DNA of 57,650 nucleotides from a virus (Duplodnaviria; Caudoviricetes): IMG/VR virus record IMGVR_UViG_3300023301_000010, positions 1 to 57,650 of that record; one strand, 5' to 3'. Shown piece by piece: positions 1 to 8,323 of this stretch (position 1 is its first letter; each line of letters starts with the position of its first letter). The notes under the pieces were generated by a model. It saw only the letters and a program-made list of their open reading frames with translations, ran no database searches and was not told where the DNA came from. The position numbers and the translations under genes were made by a program.

Positions 1-120
1 TTTTAGCGGAAGACTTTTGAGAAGAAGTCAGCTTTTTAGATGTGCCGAGATCCTTCGGGCGTTTCTTGTCCCAAACCTGTTTCATATCAGCACCCCGAAC
101 GACGAACAGCACCACCCGCC
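1..120. repeat. Terminal direct repeat, copy 1 (circular assembly overlap)
   Basis: Identical to 57531-57650 except position 8 (G) versus 57538 (T). Confidence 0.97.
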
Positions 121-386
121 TTGTACCCTTTGCCCATCGCCATTTTCTTGCGAGGAGAGCACATGATACCGCCCTTGGCCATTTTGGCGGGAGCCTTTTT
201 GACCATACCACCCTTGTTGTACTTCTGAGCTTCGCCACTGACCAAAGAATCAAGGCGCTTGCGGTCTTCCGGAGAAATTTCGTCGCTACGCTTCATCTCG
301 CTCTTGCGACGTTCTTCCTCTTTACGAGCAGCATCACGGTCTTTGTCCGTGATGTTGTAAGGAGCGTTTTTGTACTTCGCGGCCAT
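87..386 (-). CDS. Small basic virion-associated protein with repeated xxKGG motifs
   Basis: 99 aa; motifs YNKGG, MAKGG, YKAGG; tightly packed in the late operon. Confidence 0.75.
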   Translation of the reverse strand: MAAKYKNAPYNITDKDRDAARKEEERRKSEMKRSDEISPEDRKRLDSLVSGEAQKYNKGGMVKKAPAKMAKGGIMCSPRKKMAMGKGYKAGGAVRRSGC

Positions 387-387
387 G

Positions 388-654
388 TCACTTACCCTTT
401 TTCATGGACTTGGGCTTGCCCAGTCCGATGACGAGCATCATGCCACCCTTGGTCATCTTGGGCTTTGTCTTTTTAGCCATGCCACCCTTCTTCATGCCCA
501 TCGGCATTTCGGACATTGCGGCAGGAGTAGCCATGCCCGAACTGCGACGCATGCCGTCCGGGACACCCTGCGGCATCGGACCTCGCTTCGGAGGCGGACC
601 CTTGCGCTTGCCCGGAGGCATGATTTCTTTGCCCATGGAAGAACGCTTCATCAC
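388..654 (-). CDS. Small basic Met/Lys-rich protein with KGG motifs
   Basis: 88 aa; MKKGG, MTKGG; abuts both neighbours. Confidence 0.7.
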   Translation of the reverse strand: MMKRSSMGKEIMPPGKRKGPPPKRGPMPQGVPDGMRRSSGMATPAAMSEMPMGMKKGGMAKKTKPKMTKGGMMLVIGLGKPKSMKKGK

Positions 655-917
655 TTTTCTCCAGTCATGCGGTCAAGTTTTTCTTCAAGGCGGTCAAACC
701 GTTGAAAAAGGCGGTTTAGATCGTTGTGCAGCTCGGCACGAGTAACGTAAGACTTAGCTATGTCTTCACGCGTCTCGGCGATTGTTTTCCACACACTATT
801 GAACGCGGCATCCGTACGATCAATTTTGGTGTTGATGTAAGAAAGCGCCCACACAATAGGTGCGACGACCAAAGTTAGGACAGCGTTCCACACAAACTCC
901 ACTCCGTTAGGTGTCAT
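651..917 (-). CDS. Membrane-anchored coiled-coil protein
   Basis: Start at MTPNG overlaps the upstream stop; N-terminal hydrophobic helix followed by YVTRAEL...FDRLEEKLD, common in phage late regions. Confidence 0.7.
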   Translation of the reverse strand: MTPNGVEFVWNAVLTLVVAPIVWALSYINTKIDRTDAAFNSVWKTIAETREDIAKSYVTRAELHNDLNRLFQRFDRLEEKLDRMTGEK

Positions 918-1249
918 TTGAAACGAGATCCTTTCGGGGGAGCTTTTTTTGATCCACTTGGTCCAGCCCAAAGGAATTTTCGAGACCAGTGGTTTGCAGA
1001 AAACTTGTCGTCGGTGCCTTTGATTCCGCCGCTACGAGCCAGATAGCTCTTACGCGCAGCTTCGGAATAATTATGCCCCATAGAAGCATCGCCAAAGTGA
1101 ACGACCTTGATGTCATCGCCCTTCTTGGCGAGAACCATCTTTTTCTTCTTAGGGTTGGTGCTTTCGCGCGGGTTGTTGAACCCAGGATAAACGACGCCTC
1201 TATAAGAGACGCCGCTACCCGTGCGCTTTGCAGCGGTGGCCTTAGCCAT
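914..1249 (-). CDS. Basic hypothetical phage protein
   Basis: 111 aa; KKKMVLAKKGDDIKVVHFGD...ANHWSRKFLW resembles a widespread phage family. Confidence 0.75.
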   Translation of the reverse strand: MAKATAAKRTGSGVSYRGVVYPGFNNPRESTNPKKKKMVLAKKGDDIKVVHFGDASMGHNYSEAARKSYLARSGGIKGTDDKFSANHWSRKFLWAGPSGSKKAPPKGSRFK

Positions 1250-1252
1250 GGA

Positions 1253-1654
1253 TCACCCGTAGTTTTTCAAGCACTCTAGGATGATGGTGTATCGAGAACC
1301 GCTCGCAGCACCAACCGTAGTGAAAGAAACGTCTCCCGTTTTCCCTGCGCCCGCGTTGTTGGTCAACCCACCAAAACGACTGAAGTCGAACGTAAGAAAC
1401 TGATCCGGGCCGAGCGTCAGGGCGACAACGTCGGCCGTAGCATCCCAAAGGATGTCAACGCCCATACCGTCGGTGATCGCCTCTAGCTTTTCGATGCTGA
1501 CACTCGTACAGGCCGACCCCTGATAGGGAGCCAACGTCGAAACATCGACCTTCACGACGGCGGATTCGCCCGTGCTGTCCGAAATATCAGTGAACTTGAG
1601 GATAGCCCGACGGGCGGTATCTACAAGAACCTGTGTTGCTACTGCGTCAGCCAT
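1253..1654 (-). CDS. Putative structural protein
   Basis: MADAVATQ... 133 aa, beta-rich, with a GGAGG RBS. Confidence 0.8.
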   Translation of the reverse strand: MADAVATQVLVDTARRAILKFTDISDSTGESAVVKVDVSTLAPYQGSACTSVSIEKLEAITDGMGVDILWDATADVVALTLGPDQFLTFDFSRFGGLTNNAGAGKTGDVSFTTVGAASGSRYTIILECLKNYG

Positions 1655-1682
1655 GTCGGCCTCCTGTCAAACGGGAAACTGA

Positions 1683-1952
1683 TCAGGTGGCAGAGATGTT
1701 GGCGAGGGTGTCGACGCGGAGCCAGTTGGTGCCGTTCGAGAAAGCCACGACAGGAGCTCCGGCAGCGCCGTTGGACACATAGATAAGCGCCCGCGCATTG
1801 GCAGAAGCAGTAGGGACGCCCGCAACCGTGTAGGTGGGGAGCTTTACGATACCCGTGACGGTACCCGTGACGTCGCCCGTGACATTACCCGTGAAGTCAC
1901 CGACAAAACCGTTCTGCGAGGTAACGGGACCGGAAAAAGTGGTGGAAGCCAT
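1683..1952 (-). CDS. Putative head fibre/decoration protein
   Basis: MASTTFSGPV, short GxVT repeats, AFSNGTNW; directly downstream of the MCP. Confidence 0.75.
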   Translation of the reverse strand: MASTTFSGPVTSQNGFVGDFTGNVTGDVTGTVTGIVKLPTYTVAGVPTASANARALIYVSNGAAGAPVVAFSNGTNWLRVDTLANISAT

Positions 1953-1961
1953 CTGCTTCTC

Positions 1962-2033
1962 TCCTGCACGATAGGGCCATATAGTCTGTGCAGCGTCCGC
2001 CGGGACGGTCTACATGGCCGGGTAGCCCCGGAA
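1962..2033 (-). ncRNA. Structured cis element downstream of the MCP (Mu-gpT-DE-like RNA motif candidate)
   Basis: 10-bp stem (1975-1984 with 2010-2019), inner hairpin (1994-1998 with 2003-2007), and pseudoknot pairing (1988-1993 with 1964-1969) next to the RBS. Confidence 0.55.
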
Positions 2034-2060
2034 TAGGCATACTCTGCAACAGTTCAAGTC

Positions 2061-2093
2061 AAAAAGAAAGGCCCGCCGAAGCGGGCCTTTCCC
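2061..2093 (-). terminator. Rho-independent terminator after the MCP
   Basis: AAAGGCCCGC-TTCG-GCGGGCCTTT followed by a T tract on the minus strand. Confidence 0.9.
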
Positions 2094-2119
2094 TTACTCA
2101 CAACACAAGGTTGGGAATA

Positions 2120-3028
2120 TTACGCACCCGCAGAACCGTAGATCGCGCGGGGATCACTCCAACCGAACGAGTAACGCTCACGAGCCTTGTAACGCACGTT
2201 GCCCGTGTCAAAATCGCCTTCCATGGCGGTCTTGATCGCGGAACGAACGAAGTGCTTCAGGCCGTTCGGGGCGTCGGTCTTGATGAACCACGCGTTTGGA
2301 TCGGTCAGGAAGTGGTTGATCGTGTAACCACCCGGAAGCATTCCCATCGACTTCATCGCGTTGACGTCGTTGTCGGCAGTGCCAACGCGGAGATCCGACA
2401 CGAGGATACGCTCAGCGGTAAACTGGAGCGCCGGGGGAACGATGAGCTTCATGCCACGAAGAGCGATCTTCAGGCCGCGTTCATCAATAAACCCGGAGAT
2501 GTCGATAAGAGCCTGTTCGAGCGACGTCTCGTTCAAATCCGCCGGGGTGGCGGGGATGTTCGAGAAGTTGCCGCCACCGACGGTCGGATGGGCGCTCGAG
2601 CACAAAGCAACGTTGTCACCGCCCTTGTAGGACGAGGAGAAAGCGTTGTTCAGGACCGAAGAGGCCTTGACCTGCTTGGTGTTCGACATCGAACGAGCAA
2701 GCGCACGGGTATAGCGCGAGCTGAGTCGGTCGTAGAGGTTGTCCTCAACGGCTTCTTCAGTAATCGCGAACGCCAGAGCGATCGTCTCATGGGTGTAGCG
2801 AGCCGTGTACGCTTCGTTAGCCGAATCGTACGAGATCGCCGAACCTTCGCCCTTCACCGGGGCCTGACCGAAGCCAGAGAGCATGACCTCTTCTTCGAAC
2901 GCGCGGTCGGAGTTCTCCGTATCGAAGATTTCCGTATGCTCGTTGTCGTAGCGGTCGTACTCCAAACCGAAGAGCGCGTTGAGACCGGGCTCAAGCTCCT
3001 TCAGGAGTTGTGAACGAGTAATAGCCAT
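2120..3028 (-). CDS. Major capsid protein (HK97 fold, Mu gpT-like)
   Basis: MAITRSQLLKELEPGLNALFGLEY...YKARERYSFGWSDPR signature; followed by a strong terminator. Confidence 0.93.
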   Translation of the reverse strand: MAITRSQLLKELEPGLNALFGLEYDRYDNEHTEIFDTENSDRAFEEEVMLSGFGQAPVKGEGSAISYDSANEAYTARYTHETIALAFAITEEAVEDNLYDRLSSRYTRALARSMSNTKQVKASSVLNNAFSSSYKGGDNVALCSSAHPTVGGGNFSNIPATPADLNETSLEQALIDISGFIDERGLKIALRGMKLIVPPALQFTAERILVSDLRVGTADNDVNAMKSMGMLPGGYTINHFLTDPNAWFIKTDAPNGLKHFVRSAIKTAMEGDFDTGNVRYKARERYSFGWSDPRAIYGSAGA

Positions 3029-3042
3029 CTGTCAGACTCCTA

Positions 3043-3660
3043 TCAGACGCCCGCACCCGTACCGTTCGCAGAGTAACGGTAGAAGTGGTTGTTGAGGAGC
3101 ACAATAGCCAGACGACCCGCTACCGTTGCGTCGCTGTTCGAAGGCGAATCTTCGAAACCAATGACGCGGAGGTTCAGGGTATTCGTGGTATTGGCCGTGG
3201 AAACGGCGAGTTCGGCAGTCGAAATGCCGCTCGTCGCGTTACCCGAAGTCGCAGTGCCGAGATTGGCATTCGCGAAAACGAGGGTAACAGCCGCAGCAGC
3301 GTCGCAGTTGATCAGGAACAAGGCGTCCGGATCGTCGACGACTTCGCAGGTAGCAACCGAACCTGCCATGATGGCAGCGGTGCCGGGCCACTTCGGCGAC
3401 CAAACGGGCTTGCCCGTGAGATCGATAAAGTTGCAGCCAATGAACACGCCCAGAAGCGGGACCGTTCCACCGTTCGCATTTCCTACGATATCAACCAGAC
3501 CGTTCGCGAGGGGGATAACCGGAGTACCTTGATAGATAACCGAAGAAGTACCCGCCGTCGCTGCCGTCTGGATCGAGTAGGTCGTGCTGCCAGTGGAATT
3601 GGAGCCGCTACCGAGCATCTTGTACGGGCGGAGCCCGAAGGCGGAATCGATATTCGCCAT
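3043..3660 (-). CDS. Capsid decoration / minor head protein
   Basis: MANIDSAFGLRP, 205 aa, immediately upstream of the MCP. Confidence 0.75.
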   Translation of the reverse strand: MANIDSAFGLRPYKMLGSGSNSTGSTTYSIQTAATAGTSSVIYQGTPVIPLANGLVDIVGNANGGTVPLLGVFIGCNFIDLTGKPVWSPKWPGTAAIMAGSVATCEVVDDPDALFLINCDAAAAVTLVFANANLGTATSGNATSGISTAELAVSTANTTNTLNLRVIGFEDSPSNSDATVAGRLAIVLLNNHFYRYSANGTGAGV

Positions 3661-3681
3661 TTGCTCAGATCCTTATTGACA

Positions 3682-4140
3682 TTATTCAGCGGAACGAGGT
3701 CCGCCGAACGTGACTCTGCTCTGCCGATCGGGTTTAAGGATCGGCATGGTGGGATTGCTCTCCCGCATGAGGTCATTATCAACCGCGGACAACTGATCAG
3801 TGGTCTGGCGGGTGTAATAAGCCTTGCGCTGACGAGCAAGTTCAAGAGGAATCCGGGCCAACATCAGTCCACCAACGCCAATCACTCCGGCGTGTTTTCC
3901 ATCTTGGACTGTAGGCAGCTCCCAATCCGGGAATTCCTCAGCGCGAACGAGTTCAAATCCTTCGCGGAGTCGAGCGGAGAGGTTCTTCCGATCATCTACA
4001 CCATTGGCTTCGTATCGAATCCAACGATGGGCATAACCCTCCGGTGCCGGAGGTGCGTCCAAAGAGGACGGGGGCTTCCACGCGGTAACACGGGAAGAAG
4101 AGGTGCGGCCTTCGGCCGAACGAGGGGTCTTGTCAATCAT
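3682..4140 (-). CDS. Conserved head-module protein
   Basis: WKPPSSLDAPPAPEGYAHRWIR...GGLMLARIP; sits between scaffold and decoration genes. Confidence 0.8.
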   Translation of the reverse strand: MIDKTPRSAEGRTSSSRVTAWKPPSSLDAPPAPEGYAHRWIRYEANGVDDRKNLSARLREGFELVRAEEFPDWELPTVQDGKHAGVIGVGGLMLARIPLELARQRKAYYTRQTTDQLSAVDNDLMRESNPTMPILKPDRQSRVTFGGPRSAE

Positions 4141-4152
4141 TTGATGTCTCCC

Positions 4153-5064
4153 TTAACCGTTCAACCGCTGAAGTTGCCGTGCATAATCTTTTAGACTCAC
4201 TCCAAGCCTTTTGGCAATAGCCACCTGACTAGGAGAAAGTTTGATCTGTTTACGGGTTTCAGAACGCTGCGACCCATTGGCCGAAGCAACCATCGGTGAA
4301 GGCTTCTGTTTCTGGTCAGGTGCCGCAAACTTATGAGGGAAGTCGCGGCGGATACGCTTGTCCAATTCCACGTAGTACTCGTCGGAAGTGGGGTCAAAAC
4401 CTTCCATTTCCACAAGATTCTTGTGGATACTGAAAGCTGTAAACGTCATGGGCTCATCTTGGCCGAACCAAGAATTCCGGTCTGCCCAATCAGTCGCTTT
4501 CCTATCAGGAGCGGCGGGAGCAGGGGCCGGAGTAGGCTGAGTGACCGCGCGACGTTGCTGATCAGTTTCGTATTCGCGGCGGACCTGCGCCTGACGGACA
4601 CGATCGTTTTCAACTGCGAGATTGGCCAATTCACGCTGAGCAGAGATTTGACCATCGATATCGCCCCGATCAATCGCATGACGGAGACGGTCGTTGATCA
4701 ACTGGTCTTGAGTCTTAAGGCGGGTTTGCGCTTCGTTCAGCAGAGAAGTGTCCAACTGCTGAGACCGATGCTTGACCGAATCAAGCTCAGACTTCAGCCC
4801 CTTGGCAAACTCAAGCGCCGCCTGTTCACGACGCTCCGCTTCACGGTACTTGAAGGTAAGCTTTTCGATCCGCTTTTTGACAGAATCGCTGTAAACTTCA
4901 AGGTCGTCGTCTTTAGGAGTCTTGGTGGGCTCGGGCTCCTGCTCGGCAGCGGCCTCCTTTTCAGGGGGTGCTCCGGTGGAGGCTTTGCCACCTTCCTTTT
5001 CGTCGAGATCGATTTCGACCTCGTTCTCGTCGTCACCGATAGAGAACATTTTTTCTTCAGACAT
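4153..5064 (-). CDS. Capsid scaffolding protein
   Basis: Acidic N-terminus, long coiled coil, C-terminal LSPSQVAIAKRLGVSLKDYA. Confidence 0.8.
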   Translation of the reverse strand: MSEEKMFSIGDDENEVEIDLDEKEGGKASTGAPPEKEAAAEQEPEPTKTPKDDDLEVYSDSVKKRIEKLTFKYREAERREQAALEFAKGLKSELDSVKHRSQQLDTSLLNEAQTRLKTQDQLINDRLRHAIDRGDIDGQISAQRELANLAVENDRVRQAQVRREYETDQQRRAVTQPTPAPAPAAPDRKATDWADRNSWFGQDEPMTFTAFSIHKNLVEMEGFDPTSDEYYVELDKRIRRDFPHKFAAPDQKQKPSPMVASANGSQRSETRKQIKLSPSQVAIAKRLGVSLKDYARQLQRLNG

Positions 5065-5088
5065 GAGTGCCTCCTAAGGCGAGCGCCG

Positions 5089-5577
5089 TCAGACGTTTGT
5101 GATATCGTCCGGATCAGCGATGGTTGCGATGATTTCGTCATCGTTCAGAATGCGGACTTCCCCGCCTTCAATCTTGAAGCGGGCTCCGGCATACCGACCG
5201 ATCATGACCCAATCGCCCTTCTTGCACCACGGTCCGCCGGGAAACTTTTCCTTATCGGCGTAAGCGTCCGGTCCTACACAAAGGACATACGCAACCACGG
5301 AAGCGAGGGACTGCCGCTCCACATACTCGTCAGGGAGGTAAACATCGCCCTTAGTCTTTGCCTTGCCTCGGTAGGGGAGAACAAGAATTCTCCACCCGGT
5401 CGGCTGAGGAAGTCTGGCCAAGGCGGATTCAGGCAGCTTCGTGGGGTCTAAAACCCGCTCTTCTGCCTTAACATACGCCTCTTCCAACAGACCCTGTCGG
5501 GTCTCTACGACCTTTTCTGCGGTCGGCATCGTCTCTTTTGCGCGAGCTACATGCTCGGGCAGGATCAAGCTAGTCAT
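5089..5577 (-). CDS. groES: Phage co-chaperonin, GroES-like
   Basis: PTGWRILV...KTKGDVYLP...VGPDAY...GDWVMIGRYAG...ILNDDEIIA matches the Cpn10 pattern. Confidence 0.88.
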   Translation of the reverse strand: MTSLILPEHVARAKETMPTAEKVVETRQGLLEEAYVKAEERVLDPTKLPESALARLPQPTGWRILVLPYRGKAKTKGDVYLPDEYVERQSLASVVAYVLCVGPDAYADKEKFPGGPWCKKGDWVMIGRYAGARFKIEGGEVRILNDDEIIATIADPDDITNV

Positions 5578-5767
5578 TCTGCGTAGCTTCCTGTTTCAGC
5601 ACAGAGCGCAGTTCAGAGTCAATTTCATCCCACACCTCGAGTTTACCCCGAAGGTGACGGAAAGCGGCGTAGTCCTGAACTGAGCCCTGTGTAATGGCCT
5701 CAACGACTACAGCCCGCCGCTCACGCATCACTTTACGCAAGCGGTCCACCAAGTAAAGGTCATCCAT
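5570..5767 (-). CDS. Hypothetical protein
   Basis: 65 aa, coupled to both neighbours. Confidence 0.7.
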   Translation of the reverse strand: MDDLYLVDRLRKVMRERRAVVVEAITQGSVQDYAAFRHLRGKLEVWDEIDSELRSVLKQEATQND

Positions 5768-5958
5768 CAGCGCACGCTGTAAGTAGTCGCTCGCAGCATG
5801 GCTCCCTTACCCTTCACCTCCTGCCGACCCTTGGGCGCGGGGGTGTTATGGGCGCACGGCTCCACCTGAGAATAAGGGACCATACCCTGACCGGAGATTT
5901 CCATCTTGGTCTGGACGGCCACGTTGCCTTGCTTGGTGCGCGGATCGGGGTTTCTCAT
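5767..5958 (-). CDS. Small basic hypothetical protein
   Basis: 63 aa, GGAG RBS, VKGKGAMLR tail. Confidence 0.65.
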   Translation of the reverse strand: MRNPDPRTKQGNVAVQTKMEISGQGMVPYSQVEPCAHNTPAPKGRQEVKGKGAMLRATTYSVR

Positions 5959-5970
5959 AACGTTCTCCTA

Positions 5971-7347
5971 CTACGAGGGGGTGTACGAATAGGTTCCGGA
6001 AAGACTTCCGAGCCCAAAGTTGGGATTCATTGCGACGGAGTTCAGTCCGCGATACCCGATATAGGGCGACGGAGATGTTTGTGTCAACCCTCCATTGCTG
6101 GGAAGGTACCGAGAAAGGTCGTACCCGATAGGGGCGACACTGGCGATGCCTCCTCCGGAGGAAGTGCCGCTAACAGGAGTGGTTCCGCTCAAAGGACCAC
6201 CACCGTTGGGGGTGATGGCGTACCTGTTGTAAGGGGAAGTTCCGCCAGAACCGCCGTCTCCTCCACCCATAACGCCGTCAGGGTTGCTGAAACCATCCGG
6301 ATTTCCGAAACCGCTGAAGTCTCCGCTTGCGATCGCATCTGCCAAAGACTGTAAACCGCCGCCCACTGTGGGGCCTCCAAAAAGACCCGAAGCAGTGTTG
6401 ACCAGTCCAAGCCCCGGAACGAATGAAACAGCCATATTAGCGACAGTTTCGACAGGTCTGCCAAGAGCTTGAGAAAACTCGGCCCCAAAGTAACCAAGCG
6501 GGTCTGTAAGGAGGGAAGGCGTTTCAACCGTCGGAGTAGTCGCAGGGGCCGCAGCAACCGATGTGGTGCCGATAGCAGACGGAGCACTGGCAGTGGTGGT
6601 GGCAGAAGGCGACGTAGTCGCTCCATACGCCATAGACGCCCCGGCAATACCGGGATTACCCGCCATCATGCCGGGGGTACCCATCCCGATCGCTTCCTGC
6701 ATCCCCATAGCGACCTGTCCCGCCGGACCCATCATCGCAGCATTGGTCGCGGTGACGTTACCGTAGGCGTCAACCATTCCTAGGCCGATGCTCATCGGAG
6801 AAGGAGCGGCCATCATTCCGGAGTACTGGCTCATAGCGTAGCCGGGGACGGCAGTAGTAAGACCGACTTGAGGGCTAACCACCCCGAAAGCTTGACTCAT
6901 GTTGAAACTGCCGAGCATCCCGGCGGCTACCCCGCTCGGGTCACTAAGAGAAGTACCAAACCCGGTAGAAGTTCCGGCACCGAAACCTTCGGTGTCTGGT
7001 CCCGTTCCAGTAATACCCCCGAGGCCGAAGCCTCCCATGCTGATATCGCCAATACCCAAGTTGCCTACGGCATTGGAAACGTCCATGCTTGCGGGAGCAG
7101 TTCCGACTTGCCCAGTTACTCCACCGAGACCAAAAGAGCCGTACCCCGTATCTCCAAGGGCAGAACCGGCATTGTCTGCAGAGGCATATCCTGCGGTATT
7201 GTCTGCATACCCACCGACAACGCCCATCGCGGCGCTGTTGTCATACCCACCCCATCCGCCCGTGGTTTCTGCCGACAATCCGCCGTCAGAGTTGCTGCCG
7301 TCCCCCCCGCGAGGGATCTCAGTCAGAAGGAGACGTTTCCAGTTCAT
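5971..7347 (-). CDS. Gly/Ser/Ala-rich low-complexity protein, putative acyltransferase substrate or internal virion protein
   Basis: ATG overlaps the acyltransferase stop (TGATG); about 458 aa with one Lys; hydrophobic stretch VANMAVSFVPGLGLV. Confidence 0.75.
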   Translation of the reverse strand: MNWKRLLLTEIPRGGDGSNSDGGLSAETTGGWGGYDNSAAMGVVGGYADNTAGYASADNAGSALGDTGYGSFGLGGVTGQVGTAPASMDVSNAVGNLGIGDISMGGFGLGGITGTGPDTEGFGAGTSTGFGTSLSDPSGVAAGMLGSFNMSQAFGVVSPQVGLTTAVPGYAMSQYSGMMAAPSPMSIGLGMVDAYGNVTATNAAMMGPAGQVAMGMQEAIGMGTPGMMAGNPGIAGASMAYGATTSPSATTTASAPSAIGTTSVAAAPATTPTVETPSLLTDPLGYFGAEFSQALGRPVETVANMAVSFVPGLGLVNTASGLFGGPTVGGGLQSLADAIASGDFSGFGNPDGFSNPDGVMGGGDGGSGGTSPYNRYAITPNGGGPLSGTTPVSGTSSGGGIASVAPIGYDLSRYLPSNGGLTQTSPSPYIGYRGLNSVAMNPNFGLGSLSGTYSYTPS

Positions 7348-7760
7348 CAAAGACAAACCCGGTTGATGCGGACCTTGCCACCGTATTTGCGGCGAAAGTA
7401 GATATTCTTTCCTTTGTAACCCAGTTCACAAAGCTTGGCACGCAGCAATCTTGCTACGGGAGTTCCGTTCCCTTGAGGGGACAAAACGTCTACTGCCCAA
7501 ATCCTTCCGCCCTCGGTAGTCCAGTCTGTAGGCTGAAGTTTTCGACTCCCGTCGATAAAACCACGCGATGCTTCCTCTGAAAAGAAGCCATAGGTGGCGA
7601 ATCCTGCAACACGGCCTTCCGTATTGGTGATGTAGACCACTTGTCCCAAAGAAACAGGGGGATACAGTAACCGAACAACGTCCGTAATCGTCCACGAGCG
7701 ATGGAGCGGGGACATCGTCATCAAAACAGATGCCTGAACCACAAACTCGGCGGCGATCAT
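7347..7760 (-). CDS. Toxin-activating acyltransferase, HlyC/RtxC (TAAT) family
   Basis: SPLH catalytic motif, GFATYGF, DWTTEGGRIWAVDVLSPQG (compare DWxSGxRxWxIDxIAPFG), C-terminal YFRR. Confidence 0.85.
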   Translation of the reverse strand: MIAAEFVVQASVLMTMSPLHRSWTITDVVRLLYPPVSLGQVVYITNTEGRVAGFATYGFFSEEASRGFIDGSRKLQPTDWTTEGGRIWAVDVLSPQGNGTPVARLLRAKLCELGYKGKNIYFRRKYGGKVRINRVCL

Positions 7761-8323
7761 TTTAGCGGCACGTTGGAAAAGCGGTCATAATAGGGGGCGA
7801 TGCCCTGAAACCGCGTCTGGGGGCTCATTTGTGACACTTCGGGGGCAACAAAAAGAGCATCTATACCGTTTACCATCCCACCTTCGGCAAAGCGGAAGTT
7901 ATATCCGGCTTTGACTCCGTAAGAAGGCTCCGTATAAGGAGACTGAGCGCCTTGCACACGTCCGTAGTTGCCACCAACGGACAAAATTCCCTGTCCCAAC
8001 GGCACTTCCGTCCCGGCAGAATATCCCCGGTACTTGCCCGCTTGCATAAATCCGGCATTTGCGGGCAATCCGGGGACGGCAAACTGCCCTTGGGTCGGTT
8101 CGTTTTGACTGAACTGCTGTTTTGTCTTAGAAATCAACTCTTCAGACCCCGGAATAGGGCCAAAAGGGATGCTTTGGTCGCCTTGGATCGGTTGATCCGT
8201 GTAACGGGGGTAATCAACTTGCGAAGGGTCAAATATCTGCCGTTCTAGCGGCAACGGACCGGAAACGTTCAGGTCCGGGGGCAACGATCCAAGATATCTA
8301 TACCAGTCTTCGCCTTGCATCAC
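7757..8323 (-). CDS. Hypothetical virion protein with FAEGG motif
   Basis: 188 aa, coupled to the portal and acyltransferase genes. Confidence 0.7.
   Translation of the reverse strand: MMQGEDWYRYLGSLPPDLNVSGPLPLERQIFDPSQVDYPRYTDQPIQGDQSIPFGPIPGSEELISKTKQQFSQNEPTQGQFAVPGLPANAGFMQAGKYRGYSAGTEVPLGQGILSVGGNYGRVQGAQSPYTEPSYGVKAGYNFRFAEGGMVNGIDALFVAPEVSQMSPQTRFQGIAPYYDRFSNVPLK

Noticed and set aside
1988-5451. Long plus-strand ORFs (1988-3013, 3085-4194, 4333-5451, and similarly 31755-32909, 40822-42063, 45370-46515, 52826-54100)
   Set aside because: They are antisense shadows of well-supported minus-strand genes in GC-rich codon usage and have no recognisable motifs.
5971-7347. Bona fide RTX toxin
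   Set aside because: There is no GGxGxDxL nonapeptide array and no secretion genes, and the ORF lies within the virion operon.
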